Below, in pieces: positions 19,348-29,134 of a stretch of 64,000 nt of DNA (the stretch's first letter is position 1; every line of letters starts with the position of its first letter). The stretch covers positions 24,749 through 88,748 of the forward strand of contig JAQWQE010000029.1 of NCBI GenBank assembly GCA_029244925.1. The letters are read 5' to 3'. Made by a program: the position numbers and the translations under genes. Under the pieces are notes generated by a model. That model was not told the DNA's origin, did no database searches, and was given only the letters and a program-made list of their open reading frames with translations. The DNA is from Gammaproteobacteria bacterium. GTDB taxonomy: Bacteria > Pseudomonadota > Gammaproteobacteria > Steroidobacterales > UBA11654.

Positions 19348-19950
19348 TTAAGCTATTCGCTCTAACTTAATTCTTCGATGCAATGGGCTGTTTTTTGGAA
19401 TGTAGCCTAACAGAAATTTCATTTGATCAGCAAGAATGTTCCTTCCTTGTAAATAGATATACTCGGCATAATTAGGCACAAATGGAATGGCTAATAATTC
19501 AACACCTGCCTGCTCTGGTGTTCTCCCTCCTTTATGATGATTGCAGCGCTTACAGGCGCTTACCACATTATTCCAGTGATCATCTCCGCCTTGGCTAACG
19601 GGTGTAATATGATCTCTTGTTAGCTCTCTTCTGCCATGCCTTGTTCCACAATACATGCATAAATATGCATCTCTTTTAAATAAAGTCTGATTATTCAATG
19701 GAGGAGTGTAATCCCTCATTTTATCTTGAAAATGTTTTGTTTTTCCCTTAGTTGCAATAATAGAGTTCACAGTAATTTGGCTTCTGACTCCAGAAACCGC
19801 ATTAACTCCTCCATAGATTGTATAAAGCTCATTGCCCAGTGTATACACCACTTGCTCAACTGCATAAAGTTTAGTGGCATCCCTATAATCAATCCACTCC
19901 AATGGCAATCCAGTGGTGTCTATTCTTAATGATTGATGATAATTAGCCAT
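19348..19950 (-). CDS. HNH endonuclease domain protein
   Basis: 200 aa. CMYCG...[35 protein letters not shown] is a complete HNH/zinc motif. The N-terminal ~95 aa are uncharacterised. Confidence 0.8.
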   Translation of the reverse strand: MANYHQSLRIDTTGLPLEWIDYRDATKLYAVEQVVYTLGNELYTIYGGVNAVSGVRSQITVNSIIATKGKTKHFQDKMRDYTPPLNNQTLFKRDAYLCMYCGTRHGRRELTRDHITPVSQGGDDHWNNVVSACKRCNHHKGGRTPEQAGVELLAIPFVPNYAEYIYLQGRNILADQMKFLLGYIPKNSPLHRRIKLERIA

Positions 19951-20118
19951 GTATAAATTTATTATTTTTTAGATATATAGTATTAAACAATTGTCTTATG
20001 ATTAAAATATTAAAGATACTTCTTTTTTTTCTTGGTTTTTTCTCCAATCGTGTTAGCATTTCGCACAAATATACGGATTTTGAATCTTTTAATTATTTAG
20101 AAAAACTTATAGGCTCTC

Positions 20119-21231
20119 ATGACAATCAATATTGGCATTATACAAGAGACAAAAGCGGAAGAAACTAGGGTTGCCGTAGTACCAGAAATTTGTGAAAAAC
20201 TATCGAAAAGCGGAGCTACATTTCACATTCAATCAAATGCTGGAAAAAAAGCAGGCTATCTAGACGATTCATTTAAATCTGACTTCACATCGCTATACAA
20301 TACCCCCGAAGAATTTTTATCCAATTGCAATGTATTGCTAAAAGTTAATGCGCCAACATTAGCAGAGATAGAGCTATTAAAGGAAGAAACTGTTGTAGTT
20401 AGTTTTATGGATCCTTTTAATAACCAAGCATTAATTGAAACAATGGCTGAAAAAAAGTTACAGGCCTTTTCAATGGAGCTCATTCCAAGAATCTCAAGAG
20501 CTCAATCAATGGATGCTTTGTCATCACAAGCCTCCATAGCTGGTTACAAATCAGTGTTGCTTGCAGCAAATAAAATGAATAAATTCTTTCCCATGTTAAC
20601 AACAGCAGCTGGAACTGTTAGGCCGGCTCAAACATTAATTATGGGTGCAGGGGTTGCTGGCCTTCAAGCAATAGCAACAGCTAAGCGCTTAGGATCAAGA
20701 GTGCTTGCTTTTGATGTAAGAGCAAACTCTAAAGAACAAATTGAATCCTTAGGTGCACAATTTGTAGACACTGGTGTTTCCGCTGAAGGAGAAGGTGGGT
20801 ATGCAAGAGAGCTAAACCAAGAAGAGTTAGATCAGCAAAAAAAAATATTATCAAAAACTATTGCTGCCTCAGATGTAGTGATTACTACAGCAGCAGTTCC
20901 TGGCAAACCGGCACCTAAATTAATTGATCAAAAATCAGTTGAAGCAATGCAGCCAGGCTCAGTTATTATTGATCTTGGAGCAATGTCAGGTGGCAACTGT
21001 GAATTAACAAAACCAGACGAACTAGTTAATCACAATGGTGTGATCATTCTAGGTCCAACAAACTTAGCTGCAACCATGCCTAAGCATGCCAGTGAGTTAT
21101 ACGCCAGAAATCTAGCAAACTTCATTGCCCCCGCTTTAGGGGAAAATGGATTGGCAATAGACTGGGATGATGAAATTTTTTCAGAATCCAACCTCACGAA
21201 AGAAGGCAATATTATGTTTAATAACAATTAA
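20119..21231 (+). CDS. pntAA: NAD(P) transhydrogenase subunit alpha part 1 (dI)
   Basis: 370 aa. Alanine-dehydrogenase-like fold, GAGVAGLQAIATAKRLG dinucleotide motif, soluble. Confidence 0.9.
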   Translation: MTINIGIIQETKAEETRVAVVPEICEKLSKSGATFHIQSNAGKKAGYLDDSFKSDFTSLYNTPEEFLSNCNVLLKVNAPTLAEIELLKEETVVVSFMDPFNNQALIETMAEKKLQAFSMELIPRISRAQSMDALSSQASIAGYKSVLLAANKMNKFFPMLTTAAGTVRPAQTLIMGAGVAGLQAIATAKRLGSRVLAFDVRANSKEQIESLGAQFVDTGVSAEGEGGYARELNQEELDQQKKILSKTIAASDVVITTAAVPGKPAPKLIDQKSVEAMQPGSVIIDLGAMSGGNCELTKPDELVNHNGVIILGPTNLAATMPKHASELYARNLANFIAPALGENGLAIDWDDEIFSESNLTKEGNIMFNNN

Positions 21232-21246
21232 TACGAATAAAGAATA

Positions 21247-21537
21247 ATGGAAACATTTATAGCAATTTATATTTTTATTTTAGCAGCTTTTACTGGCTAT
21301 GAGGTCATCTCTAAAGTGCCAGTTATACTTCACACGCCTATGATGTCCGGTTCAAATTTCATCCACGGCATCGTTCTTGTTGGGGCTATGATTGCGCTGG
21401 GTTTTGCTGAAACAAATTTAGAAAAGACCATTGGTTTTATAGGAGTGTTTTTAGCTGCTGGCAATGCCTTAGGTGGTTATGTCGCAACAGAAAGAATGTT
21501 AGAGATGTTTAAATCGAGTAAAAAAGATGCTCAATAG
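21247..21537 (+). CDS. pntAB: NAD(P) transhydrogenase subunit alpha part 2 (membrane dII-a)
   Basis: 96 aa with three hydrophobic segments, located between the dI and beta genes. Confidence 0.85.
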   Translation: METFIAIYIFILAAFTGYEVISKVPVILHTPMMSGSNFIHGIVLVGAMIALGFAETNLEKTIGFIGVFLAAGNALGGYVATERMLEMFKSSKKDAQ

Positions 21538-22909
21538 TGAAATCATAATACAGGTTTGTTATCTGATCGCTGCAATTGTTTTTATTCTAGGCCTAAAAAG
21601 AATGAGCTCGCCTACAACAGCAAGATTGGGTATTGTTTGGGCGGGTGGTGGTATGTTATTAGCAACAGCAGCAACCTTCTTCACCCCTGGAATGGCAAAT
21701 ATAGAATTAATTATTATAGCGATTGCTATTGGGGGCGGACTCGCCTGGATGACTGCAAAAAAAGTTGCAATGACCGACATGCCGCAAATGATTGCTCTCT
21801 ACAATGGTATGGGCGGAGGTGCAGCAGCCGCTATAGCAGCTGTTGAAATGTTCAAGGTTCATGAGCTAGAAATTAGTGTAGAAATTCTAGCAATAATAGG
21901 TGGTATTATTGGTGCAATTTCTTTCTCTGGAAGTATAATCGCATTTGGAAAACTGCAAGGAATAATCAAAGGTTCTTTCCGGTTTAAAGGACAAAACCTT
22001 CTCAATCTTCTAATCATGCTTTTATTAATACTCATTAGTATTACAACCCTAATGGATTTTGAGTTAATGAAAAATCCAGTGGTTGCAGTATTTATTATTG
22101 CTCTGGTTTTTGGCATAGCGATGACTCTCCCAATCGGTGGCGCTGATATGCCTGTTGTTATTTCACTCTACAATGCTTTAACAGGTCTGGCCGTTGGTTT
22201 TGAGGGGTATGTACTACAAAATTATGCCATGATTATTGCTGGAACTGTCGTTGGTGCCGCCGGCACGCTTCTAACTCAGCTTATGGCAAAAGCTATGAAT
22301 CGGTCTTTAGGGAACGTTCTTTTTAGTGGATTTGGTGACCAAAGTATTTCAGTAGAGGGTGATTCTGAAAACCAAGGAGAAATGAAACCAATAGAATCTA
22401 GTGATGCAAGTATTATGATGGCTTTTGCTCAAAAAGTAATCATTATTCCTGGTTATGGAATGGCTGTTGCTCAAGCTCAACAAAAGGTCTGGGAATTCTC
22501 TCAATTATTAATAGAAAGAGGTGTTGATGTAAAGTTTGCCATCCACCCAGTAGCTAGAAGAATGCCAGGTCATATGAATGTCTTGCTGGCAGAAGCTGGC
22601 GTGCCTTATGATTTAATTTATGATGCTGAAGAAATCAACCAAGAATTTAAGAACTGCGATGTGGCTTTGGTCATAGGTGCAAATGATGTAGTCAATCCGG
22701 TTGCAAGAACAGACCCATCCAGTCCCATCTATGGTATGCCTATACTTGATGCTGATTATTCAGCAAATATCATTGTGGTTAAAAGAGGTCAAGGTGCTGG
22801 TTTCTCTGGCATACAAAACAGTTTATTCTTCTTGGATAATACAAAAATGCTCTATGGAGATGGTAAAGAAGTAGCTGCAAACTTAGTTCAAACAATTAAA
22901 GAACTCTAG
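21527..22909 (+). CDS. pntB: NAD(P) transhydrogenase subunit beta
   Basis: 460 aa. N-terminal membrane domain and a C-terminal dIII with IIPGYGMAVAQAQ and VIGANDVVNP. Overlaps pntAB by 11 nt. Confidence 0.93.
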   Translation: MLNSEIIIQVCYLIAAIVFILGLKRMSSPTTARLGIVWAGGGMLLATAATFFTPGMANIELIIIAIAIGGGLAWMTAKKVAMTDMPQMIALYNGMGGGAAAAIAAVEMFKVHELEISVEILAIIGGIIGAISFSGSIIAFGKLQGIIKGSFRFKGQNLLNLLIMLLLILISITTLMDFELMKNPVVAVFIIALVFGIAMTLPIGGADMPVVISLYNALTGLAVGFEGYVLQNYAMIIAGTVVGAAGTLLTQLMAKAMNRSLGNVLFSGFGDQSISVEGDSENQGEMKPIESSDASIMMAFAQKVIIIPGYGMAVAQAQQKVWEFSQLLIERGVDVKFAIHPVARRMPGHMNVLLAEAGVPYDLIYDAEEINQEFKNCDVALVIGANDVVNPVARTDPSSPIYGMPILDADYSANIIVVKRGQGAGFSGIQNSLFFLDNTKMLYGDGKEVAANLVQTIKEL

Positions 22910-22935
22910 ATAGCAATACACCTCTTATAGGTCTT

Positions 22936-24063
22936 ATGATATTCAGCATAATGTTTAAGAAATTTGAAATGGAACGCTTTCAGTCTCTTTATGAGAATGA
23001 GGTTAAATACAACCTAAGCGACAGTGGAAATCACCCGATGTCCATCAATCAACTATTCAATGAAGAAGAGGTTAAAGCCCTATTGGATATGGAAATATTT
23101 TATGGTTATAGCAAGGGTGATCCTAGGCTATGTGAAGCAGTATCCATGTGGTATCCAGAAAAAACATCTGATAATATTCTGATCACCAATGGTTCGGCTG
23201 AGGCAAACTTTGTGATGGCGACAACTTTAATTCAACCTGAAGATGAAGTGGTTTTAGTGCTTCCTAATTACATGCAAATTCCAGGTATAGTGGAAAATAT
23301 TGGTGCCAAAATAATAAATACATACCTTAAAGAAGAGTTGGACTGGCATATTGATATGGATGAAATGAGATCATTGGTTACACCTAAGACTAAGCTGATT
23401 TCTATATGCAACCCAAGCAACCCAACAGGCGCTGTGATGTCTGATAGCGAAATGGAAGAACTGGCTGAGATAGCTCGACAAAATAATGCTTTTGTTCATT
23501 CAGATGAGGTCTATAGAGGGTCTGAGTTAAATAACATAGAAACCAAAAGCTTTGCTAATTTTTATGAAAAAACAATCATCAGTTGTGGGCTATCAAAATC
23601 ATTTGCTCATCCAGGTTTAAGAATAGGCTGGGTGGTAGCGGACTCTTCCTTAATAGCTGATATGTGGTCACGTAAGGATTATTCATCTATTACATCATCC
23701 GTTTTATCACAAGAAATTGCCATCAAGATCATGTCTGAAACAAACAAAGAAAAAATACTATCGAGGTCATCTGTTATGTTGGAATCCAACCTTCAATTGT
23801 TCCAAACATGGCTGGATAAACATGACGGCTTGTTTAGTTTTGTGCCTCCAAAGGCTGGTGGGATGGCTTTTGTTGGATACCAAATGGATATTAATAGCAC
23901 AGAGTATGCTCATAAACTCAGAACCGAGCAAAGCGTTTTAATTGTCCCTGGCGATCACTATGGTATGGATAGCTATTTAAGGTTTGGTATTGGCTCAGAA
24001 GCTAATTACCTTTCAGAAGGTTTGTCTTTAGTAAGTGATAGCATTCAATCCCTAGGCTATTGA
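22936..24063 (+). CDS. Class I/II PLP-dependent aminotransferase
   Basis: 375 aa. PLP-lysine motif SKSFAHPGLRIGW and NPSNPTG. The start could be Met6 (MFKKFEMERF). Lies 26 nt after pntB. Confidence 0.8.
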   Translation: MIFSIMFKKFEMERFQSLYENEVKYNLSDSGNHPMSINQLFNEEEVKALLDMEIFYGYSKGDPRLCEAVSMWYPEKTSDNILITNGSAEANFVMATTLIQPEDEVVLVLPNYMQIPGIVENIGAKIINTYLKEELDWHIDMDEMRSLVTPKTKLISICNPSNPTGAVMSDSEMEELAEIARQNNAFVHSDEVYRGSELNNIETKSFANFYEKTIISCGLSKSFAHPGLRIGWVVADSSLIADMWSRKDYSSITSSVLSQEIAIKIMSETNKEKILSRSSVMLESNLQLFQTWLDKHDGLFSFVPPKAGGMAFVGYQMDINSTEYAHKLRTEQSVLIVPGDHYGMDSYLRFGIGSEANYLSEGLSLVSDSIQSLGY

Positions 24064-26054
24064 AAAAAACCATACTAAGCATTGCTCTTAATGCTCCAAT
24101 TAAAAACTTATTTGACTATTCATTAGAAAATCATTCAAGCATCACTCCAAAACCAGGGCAAAGAGTTAGAGTGCCTTTTGGCAAACAAGAAAAGTTAGGT
24201 TTTATCAGCAAAGTCTCGGATGCAACAACCATTGCCTCTAGTAAAATTAGACCCATTATTAATATTCTTGATGAAAGACCCATACTGGATTCTGAACTAT
24301 TAACACTTATAGATTGGACATCGAAGTATTACTACCATCCTATAGGTGAGGTTTTTGCTGCCGCTGTTCCTATATACCTAAGACAATCAAAATACCCCAA
24401 AATAGCCAAAGAAGATTCTGCTTCAAAACCCTTAGCTCTAGAAACAAGAAAAAAACTAACAAAAGAGCAACATCAATCTTTTAAAAACATCTCTAATGCA
24501 ATGATCAAGAAAGAGCCGATCGTCTTAAATGGAATAACAGGCAGTGGTAAAACTGAATTATACATGCAAGTTATTGAAAGAAATTTGAAAAAAAAAGAAC
24601 AAGCATTAGTGCTCGTCCCAGAGATAGGATTAACGCCTCAATTATTGGGAGAATTTAGATCTAGGTTTGGCAATACTATAGCTGTTATTCATTCTGAAAA
24701 TACCCCAAAAGAAAATGCTGTTAATTGGGTTAAGGCAAAAAATGGGTTGAGTAAAATTATCATTGGAACAAGGTCCTCAATTTTTACACCTTTTCAGTCA
24801 CTTGGTTTAATTATTGTTGATGAAGAGCATGATGCTTCTTATAAGCAGCAAAGCGGTTTAAGGTATTCAGCTAGGGATTTATCCCTTGTCAGAGCTGCAA
24901 ACAATGGTATTTCTGTGATTCTAGGTTCCGCTACCCCTTCTTTTGAAACGCTAATGAATGTTGAAACAAAGAAGTATCGGCAAACTGTTTTAAAAAAGAG
25001 GGTTTTTTCTAACTCATTGCCATCAACACAAATGATTGACCTAAGAGTACACCCCCAAGAAAGAGGCCTCACTAAAATATTAATTAATGAAATAAAAAAA
25101 CAACTTGATAACAAAAAACAATCACTAATTTATTTAAACCGAAGAGGTTATTCGCCTGCAACCGTTTGTATTGGTTGTGGGCATGTAGAAGAATGCCCAA
25201 GATGTGATACCAGTTTAGTACTCCATAAAAGTAAAGGTAAACTTATATGTCACCATTGCTCTACCACAAAAAATTGGGAAGAGAGTTGCACAGTATGTGG
25301 AGAAAGCGTTGCCCCCTTAGGAAAAGGAACGGAGCAAATAGAGGAATACTTAAAGGAGCAATTCCCTAAAACAAATATCATACGAATAGACAAAGACACC
25401 GTTAAATCTAAAAACAGTAGACAAGAAATGCTCTCACAAGCGAAATCAGGAAAGGGGGAGATCTTGCTAGGCACACAAATGCTAGCCAAAGGCCATGACT
25501 TTCCCAATCTAACATTGGTAGCAATTGTTAATGCTGACCAAGGTTTGTTCGGCAGTGACTTTAGAAGCAGTGAAAAATTTGCACAAACATTGTTGCAAGT
25601 CTCTGGAAGAGCTGGGCGCAGAAAGGAGAAGGGGTTAGTTATGATACAGACCTACAATTCTCAAAATCCCCTACTTAATAAGATTATTTCACAAGATTAT
25701 TTATCTTTTTATAAAGAGGCAATAAAAGAAAGAGAGATGCCTCAGTGGCCTCCTTATTCACACATAGCCCTACTTCATGCAGAATCTACAAGACAAGCCT
25801 CTGTTTTTAATTTCTTAAATCAAATTAATAACAATTGTTTAAAAAAGAATATTGGTTCCACATTGGTGCTAGGGCCTAATGCATCACCCATTGAAAAGAA
25901 ATCAGGCCGTTATCGGGGCCAACTTTTATTATTAAACGTCAGTCGAAAAGAACTGCATCAATTCATCAAAACAATGGATCTTTATATTCAAAAACAAAAA
26001 ATAAAAAGAGAGGTTAGGTGGGCAATCGATGTAGATCCAATTGATTTATCCTAA
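24060..26054 (+). CDS. priA: Primosomal protein N' (replication restart helicase)
   Basis: 664 aa with a TTG start overlapping the upstream stop. Walker A GITGSGKTE, VDEEHD, and Cys-rich zinc clusters CIGCGHVEECPRCD...CHHC...CTVCG. Confidence 0.9.
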   Translation: MKKTILSIALNAPIKNLFDYSLENHSSITPKPGQRVRVPFGKQEKLGFISKVSDATTIASSKIRPIINILDERPILDSELLTLIDWTSKYYYHPIGEVFAAAVPIYLRQSKYPKIAKEDSASKPLALETRKKLTKEQHQSFKNISNAMIKKEPIVLNGITGSGKTELYMQVIERNLKKKEQALVLVPEIGLTPQLLGEFRSRFGNTIAVIHSENTPKENAVNWVKAKNGLSKIIIGTRSSIFTPFQSLGLIIVDEEHDASYKQQSGLRYSARDLSLVRAANNGISVILGSATPSFETLMNVETKKYRQTVLKKRVFSNSLPSTQMIDLRVHPQERGLTKILINEIKKQLDNKKQSLIYLNRRGYSPATVCIGCGHVEECPRCDTSLVLHKSKGKLICHHCSTTKNWEESCTVCGESVAPLGKGTEQIEEYLKEQFPKTNIIRIDKDTVKSKNSRQEMLSQAKSGKGEILLGTQMLAKGHDFPNLTLVAIVNADQGLFGSDFRSSEKFAQTLLQVSGRAGRRKEKGLVMIQTYNSQNPLLNKIISQDYLSFYKEAIKEREMPQWPPYSHIALLHAESTRQASVFNFLNQINNNCLKKNIGSTLVLGPNASPIEKKSGRYRGQLLLLNVSRKELHQFIKTMDLYIQKQKIKREVRWAIDVDPIDLS

Positions 26055-26096
26055 AATACTCTTAAGTTAGCTAAAATAGAACATGAGGCAACTGTA

Positions 26097-27836
26097 TTGA
26101 ATAAGAAAATAACAAAAATAATTACTGCATCTATATTGAGTCTAGACATTCAAGATAAAAACTTGGCTGAGGATTTAAATGTAGAGGTTACCCAAACAAA
26201 AAATCTAAGTCATGGTGATTTTTCTTGTAGTGTTGCGATGCGACTTTCAAAGGTATTAAAACTACCGCCTTTGGATATTGCAAAAAAAATTATCAATGCG
26301 ATTGAAATCATTGATGGCATTGAAAGAATAGAGGCAGTGCCTCCTGGCTTTATTAATATTTTTCTAACGAAGTCTGAAAAAACACAAGTTTTAAAAAAGA
26401 TACTCAAAGAAAATAATGATTTTGCTACAGAAATACCAGGCTCAAAAAACTCAGTGCTCCTAGAGTTTGTTTCTTCCAATCCAACAGGACCCCTTCATGT
26501 TGGCCATGGCAGACATGCTGCATTTGGTGATTCACTTGCAAAACTACTGCGTAAAGCGGGTTATAAGGTAGAGACTGAGTATTATATTAATGATGCAGGC
26601 AGACAAATAGATATCTTGTTGATTAGTATTTTAATTAGGGCTTTAAATAAATTGGAAATAAAGAGTGCTCTTCCAAGAGCATGTTACCAAGGAGAGTATT
26701 TAAACCCTATAGCTGATCAAATAATTAAGCAGTACAAAAACCTATTGGCCTCTTTGCCTGTTAATAATTTTTTAAAGCAAGATGTTTCAGAAGATGTGGA
26801 AATAGATTTAGCAATCTTGAGTATCAAGAATGAAATAGGTGATGAGATGTTTGAATCCCTATCAGGTGAAATCTGTAATATCACAATCAACATGATCAAA
26901 GAAGATTTAAATACATTTGGAGTTAACTTTGATCATTGGTACTCAGAACGATCTATGATAAATAATGGTTTAATCAACAACAGCATTAATGACTTAAAAA
27001 AACTAAACCTTCTTTACAAACAAGAAGGGGCTTTGTGGTTAAAAACAACTAATTTTAATGATGACAAAGATAGGGTTGTCTTAAGAGATGATGGTAGATC
27101 AACCTATTTTGCCTCAGATATTGCTTATCATGCAGATAAAAAGAAGCGTGGTTATGATCAACTAATAAATATCCTGGGCTCAGACCATCATGGGTATATA
27201 GGAAGATTAAAAGCTGGGCTTTCATCATTGAATTTTTCTCCGGAAGATCTCGAGGTAGTTTTAGTTCAATTTGTTAGTCTTTATAGGGGAAAAAAGAAAA
27301 TACAAATGTCTACTCGTTCAGGTGAATTCATCCCAATGTCTGAGCTTTATAATGAAGTAGGTGTGGATGCAGCTCGTTTTTTTTATGTTTCAAAATCTCA
27401 AAGTCAGCACTTAGAGTTTGATCTTGAACTAGCAAAACAAACCAATAATGAAAATCCGGTTTATTATATTCAATACGCACATGCCAGAATTTGTCGTGTA
27501 TTAACCCAAATGACTAGCCAAACAATGTCTTTTGAGAAAGCAATAGCAGAAAAAAATCTTGATAAATTAACAACGAAACATGAGGTTGAGTTAATTGCGA
27601 AACTCAGTGGCTATCCTGCGTTAATTAAACAATCAGCACACAATAAAACAATACACACATTGGCTAATTACCTTCATGAGTTAGCTCAATTATTTCATTC
27701 GTATTATGGTGCAGAAACATTTTTAATTGCAGACAAAGAATTAAGAAATGCGAGAGTATTGTTGATACAAGCAGTAAAAATAATCTTAAAAAATGGGTTA
27801 TCTTTAATAGGTGTCTCTGCGCCTTCAAAAATGTAG
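26097..27836 (+). CDS. argS: Arginyl-tRNA synthetase
   Basis: 579 aa with a TTG start. SSNPTGPLHVGHGRH (HIGH region) and a C-terminal anticodon-binding region ending ...APSKM. Confidence 0.95.
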   Translation: MNKKITKIITASILSLDIQDKNLAEDLNVEVTQTKNLSHGDFSCSVAMRLSKVLKLPPLDIAKKIINAIEIIDGIERIEAVPPGFINIFLTKSEKTQVLKKILKENNDFATEIPGSKNSVLLEFVSSNPTGPLHVGHGRHAAFGDSLAKLLRKAGYKVETEYYINDAGRQIDILLISILIRALNKLEIKSALPRACYQGEYLNPIADQIIKQYKNLLASLPVNNFLKQDVSEDVEIDLAILSIKNEIGDEMFESLSGEICNITINMIKEDLNTFGVNFDHWYSERSMINNGLINNSINDLKKLNLLYKQEGALWLKTTNFNDDKDRVVLRDDGRSTYFASDIAYHADKKKRGYDQLINILGSDHHGYIGRLKAGLSSLNFSPEDLEVVLVQFVSLYRGKKKIQMSTRSGEFIPMSELYNEVGVDAARFFYVSKSQSQHLEFDLELAKQTNNENPVYYIQYAHARICRVLTQMTSQTMSFEKAIAEKNLDKLTTKHEVELIAKLSGYPALIKQSAHNKTIHTLANYLHELAQLFHSYYGAETFLIADKELRNARVLLIQAVKIILKNGLSLIGVSAPSKM

Positions 27837-27856
27837 TGGGTTAGCAATAATATTGT

Positions 27857-29134
27857 TTACTTTTTGTATTTAATATCTAAAGACTGAAGCTTTCTATATA
27901 AATTAGTTCGTTCCATACCCACTCTTCTGGATAATTCACTTATTTTGCCCTCAACAATTTCTAATTGGCGAATTAGGAAAGCTCTCTCAAATTGCTTTTT
28001 CGCTTCTTTCATGCTTAAAGTCATTACATCACTTTGCACTAAAAGGTTTCCTTGAGGACCTTGCAGGGTTAATGTTTCCTCAATTTCTTCTATATTAATA
28101 ATTTCTTTATCTTGTCTGGCTAAAGTGGCATGAACCATATCTATTAATTGTTTAATATTTCCAGGCCATGAATATTTTGAAAGCATGTTTTGTGAGGCTA
28201 AACTAAACCTTCTGATATTAAGCCCCTCATTTTCACTAAAATATTCCACACAAAGCTTTAATAGCTCTGGTATCTCATCTAAAAATTTTCTTAGTGGTGG
28301 TATCTCAAGACAATATTCATTCGTTAAAAACTCCAAGTCTTCTCTATCAATATTTGAATCAATAGCTATAAAACGATTAATATTATTGTTACTATGCATG
28401 CCATTAATAACAGATAAAACGATACTTTGTCTCTCATTATTTAAGCTTGAAAAGCCATTGATGTATAAGGTTCCAGTTTTAATTTCATTTATTTCCTCTA
28501 CTACATATCCTTTAAATGCATCAACCTCTTTATGATCAGAACTTAACATGTTTAAGTGCATATTTTTAAAGTTTGACTCGTCCTTATTAGTTCGTAAATG
28601 AAGATATCTAGCCCAACCATGTTTCTCTGTTCCAGTTTCACCAACAATAAAAAGTTTTTTTCTTGCTCTACTGTCCCCTAATGTTGAATTAAAAATATTA
28701 GACATTGTCTTACTTTTTCTCAATATATAAGACAAAATATCTTCATTTGACATGGCGTCCGTAAAATTAAAAGCTCGATTTAAAGCATCAAAAAGTTTTT
28801 CCATAGAGATGGGTTTTTCTATAAAATCAATAGCTCCTAGTTTTGTAGCCTCTATTGCAGTTTCTATGGTTGCATGTCCAGATATCATAATTACTGGAAA
28901 ATTTATTGCGTTTTCTTTTGACCACTTTTTCAATAATGAAATACCGTCAACATCAGGCATCCATATATCTAAAAAAACTAGATTGGGTATTTTATTTTTA
29001 ATCTTAATTTCAGCTTCTATAGCTGATTCAGCTATCTCGGTTGAATACCCTTCTTCTATAAGAATTTCCTGAATCACGGTTCTAATTTCCAACTCATCAT
29101 CAATTATCAAAATATGCTTTTTTTCTATACTCAT
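27857..29134 (-). CDS. NtrX/NtrC-family response regulator with a degenerate AAA+ core
   Basis: 425 aa. Receiver domain (DDE...FLDIWMPDVDG), a central AAA+-like region with altered Walker A (GETGTEK) and Walker B (GTLYINGF), no GAFTGA, and a C-terminal Fis-type HTH (ISELSRRVGMERTNLYRKL). Confidence 0.75.
   Translation of the reverse strand: MSIEKKHILIIDDELEIRTVIQEILIEEGYSTEIAESAIEAEIKIKNKIPNLVFLDIWMPDVDGISLLKKWSKENAINFPVIMISGHATIETAIEATKLGAIDFIEKPISMEKLFDALNRAFNFTDAMSNEDILSYILRKSKTMSNIFNSTLGDSRARKKLFIVGETGTEKHGWARYLHLRTNKDESNFKNMHLNMLSSDHKEVDAFKGYVVEEINEIKTGTLYINGFSSLNNERQSIVLSVINGMHSNNNINRFIAIDSNIDREDLEFLTNEYCLEIPPLRKFLDEIPELLKLCVEYFSENEGLNIRRFSLASQNMLSKYSWPGNIKQLIDMVHATLARQDKEIINIEEIEETLTLQGPQGNLLVQSDVMTLSMKEAKKQFERAFLIRQLEIVEGKISELSRRVGMERTNLYRKLQSLDIKYKK

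Noticed and set aside
19998-20168. A 56-codon ORF (MIKILKILLFFLGFFSN...) in the HNH/pntAA spacer that runs 50 nt into pntAA.
   Set aside because: It has no RBS and an AT-rich low-complexity sequence, and it overlaps the well-supported pntAA start. It is probably spurious.
21556-21846. A 96-aa alternative-frame ORF and two antisense ORFs (73 and 85 aa) within pntB.
   Set aside because: They overlap the membrane domain of a well-supported pntB. The translations are Cys/Ser/Arg-rich nonsense typical of off-frame reading.
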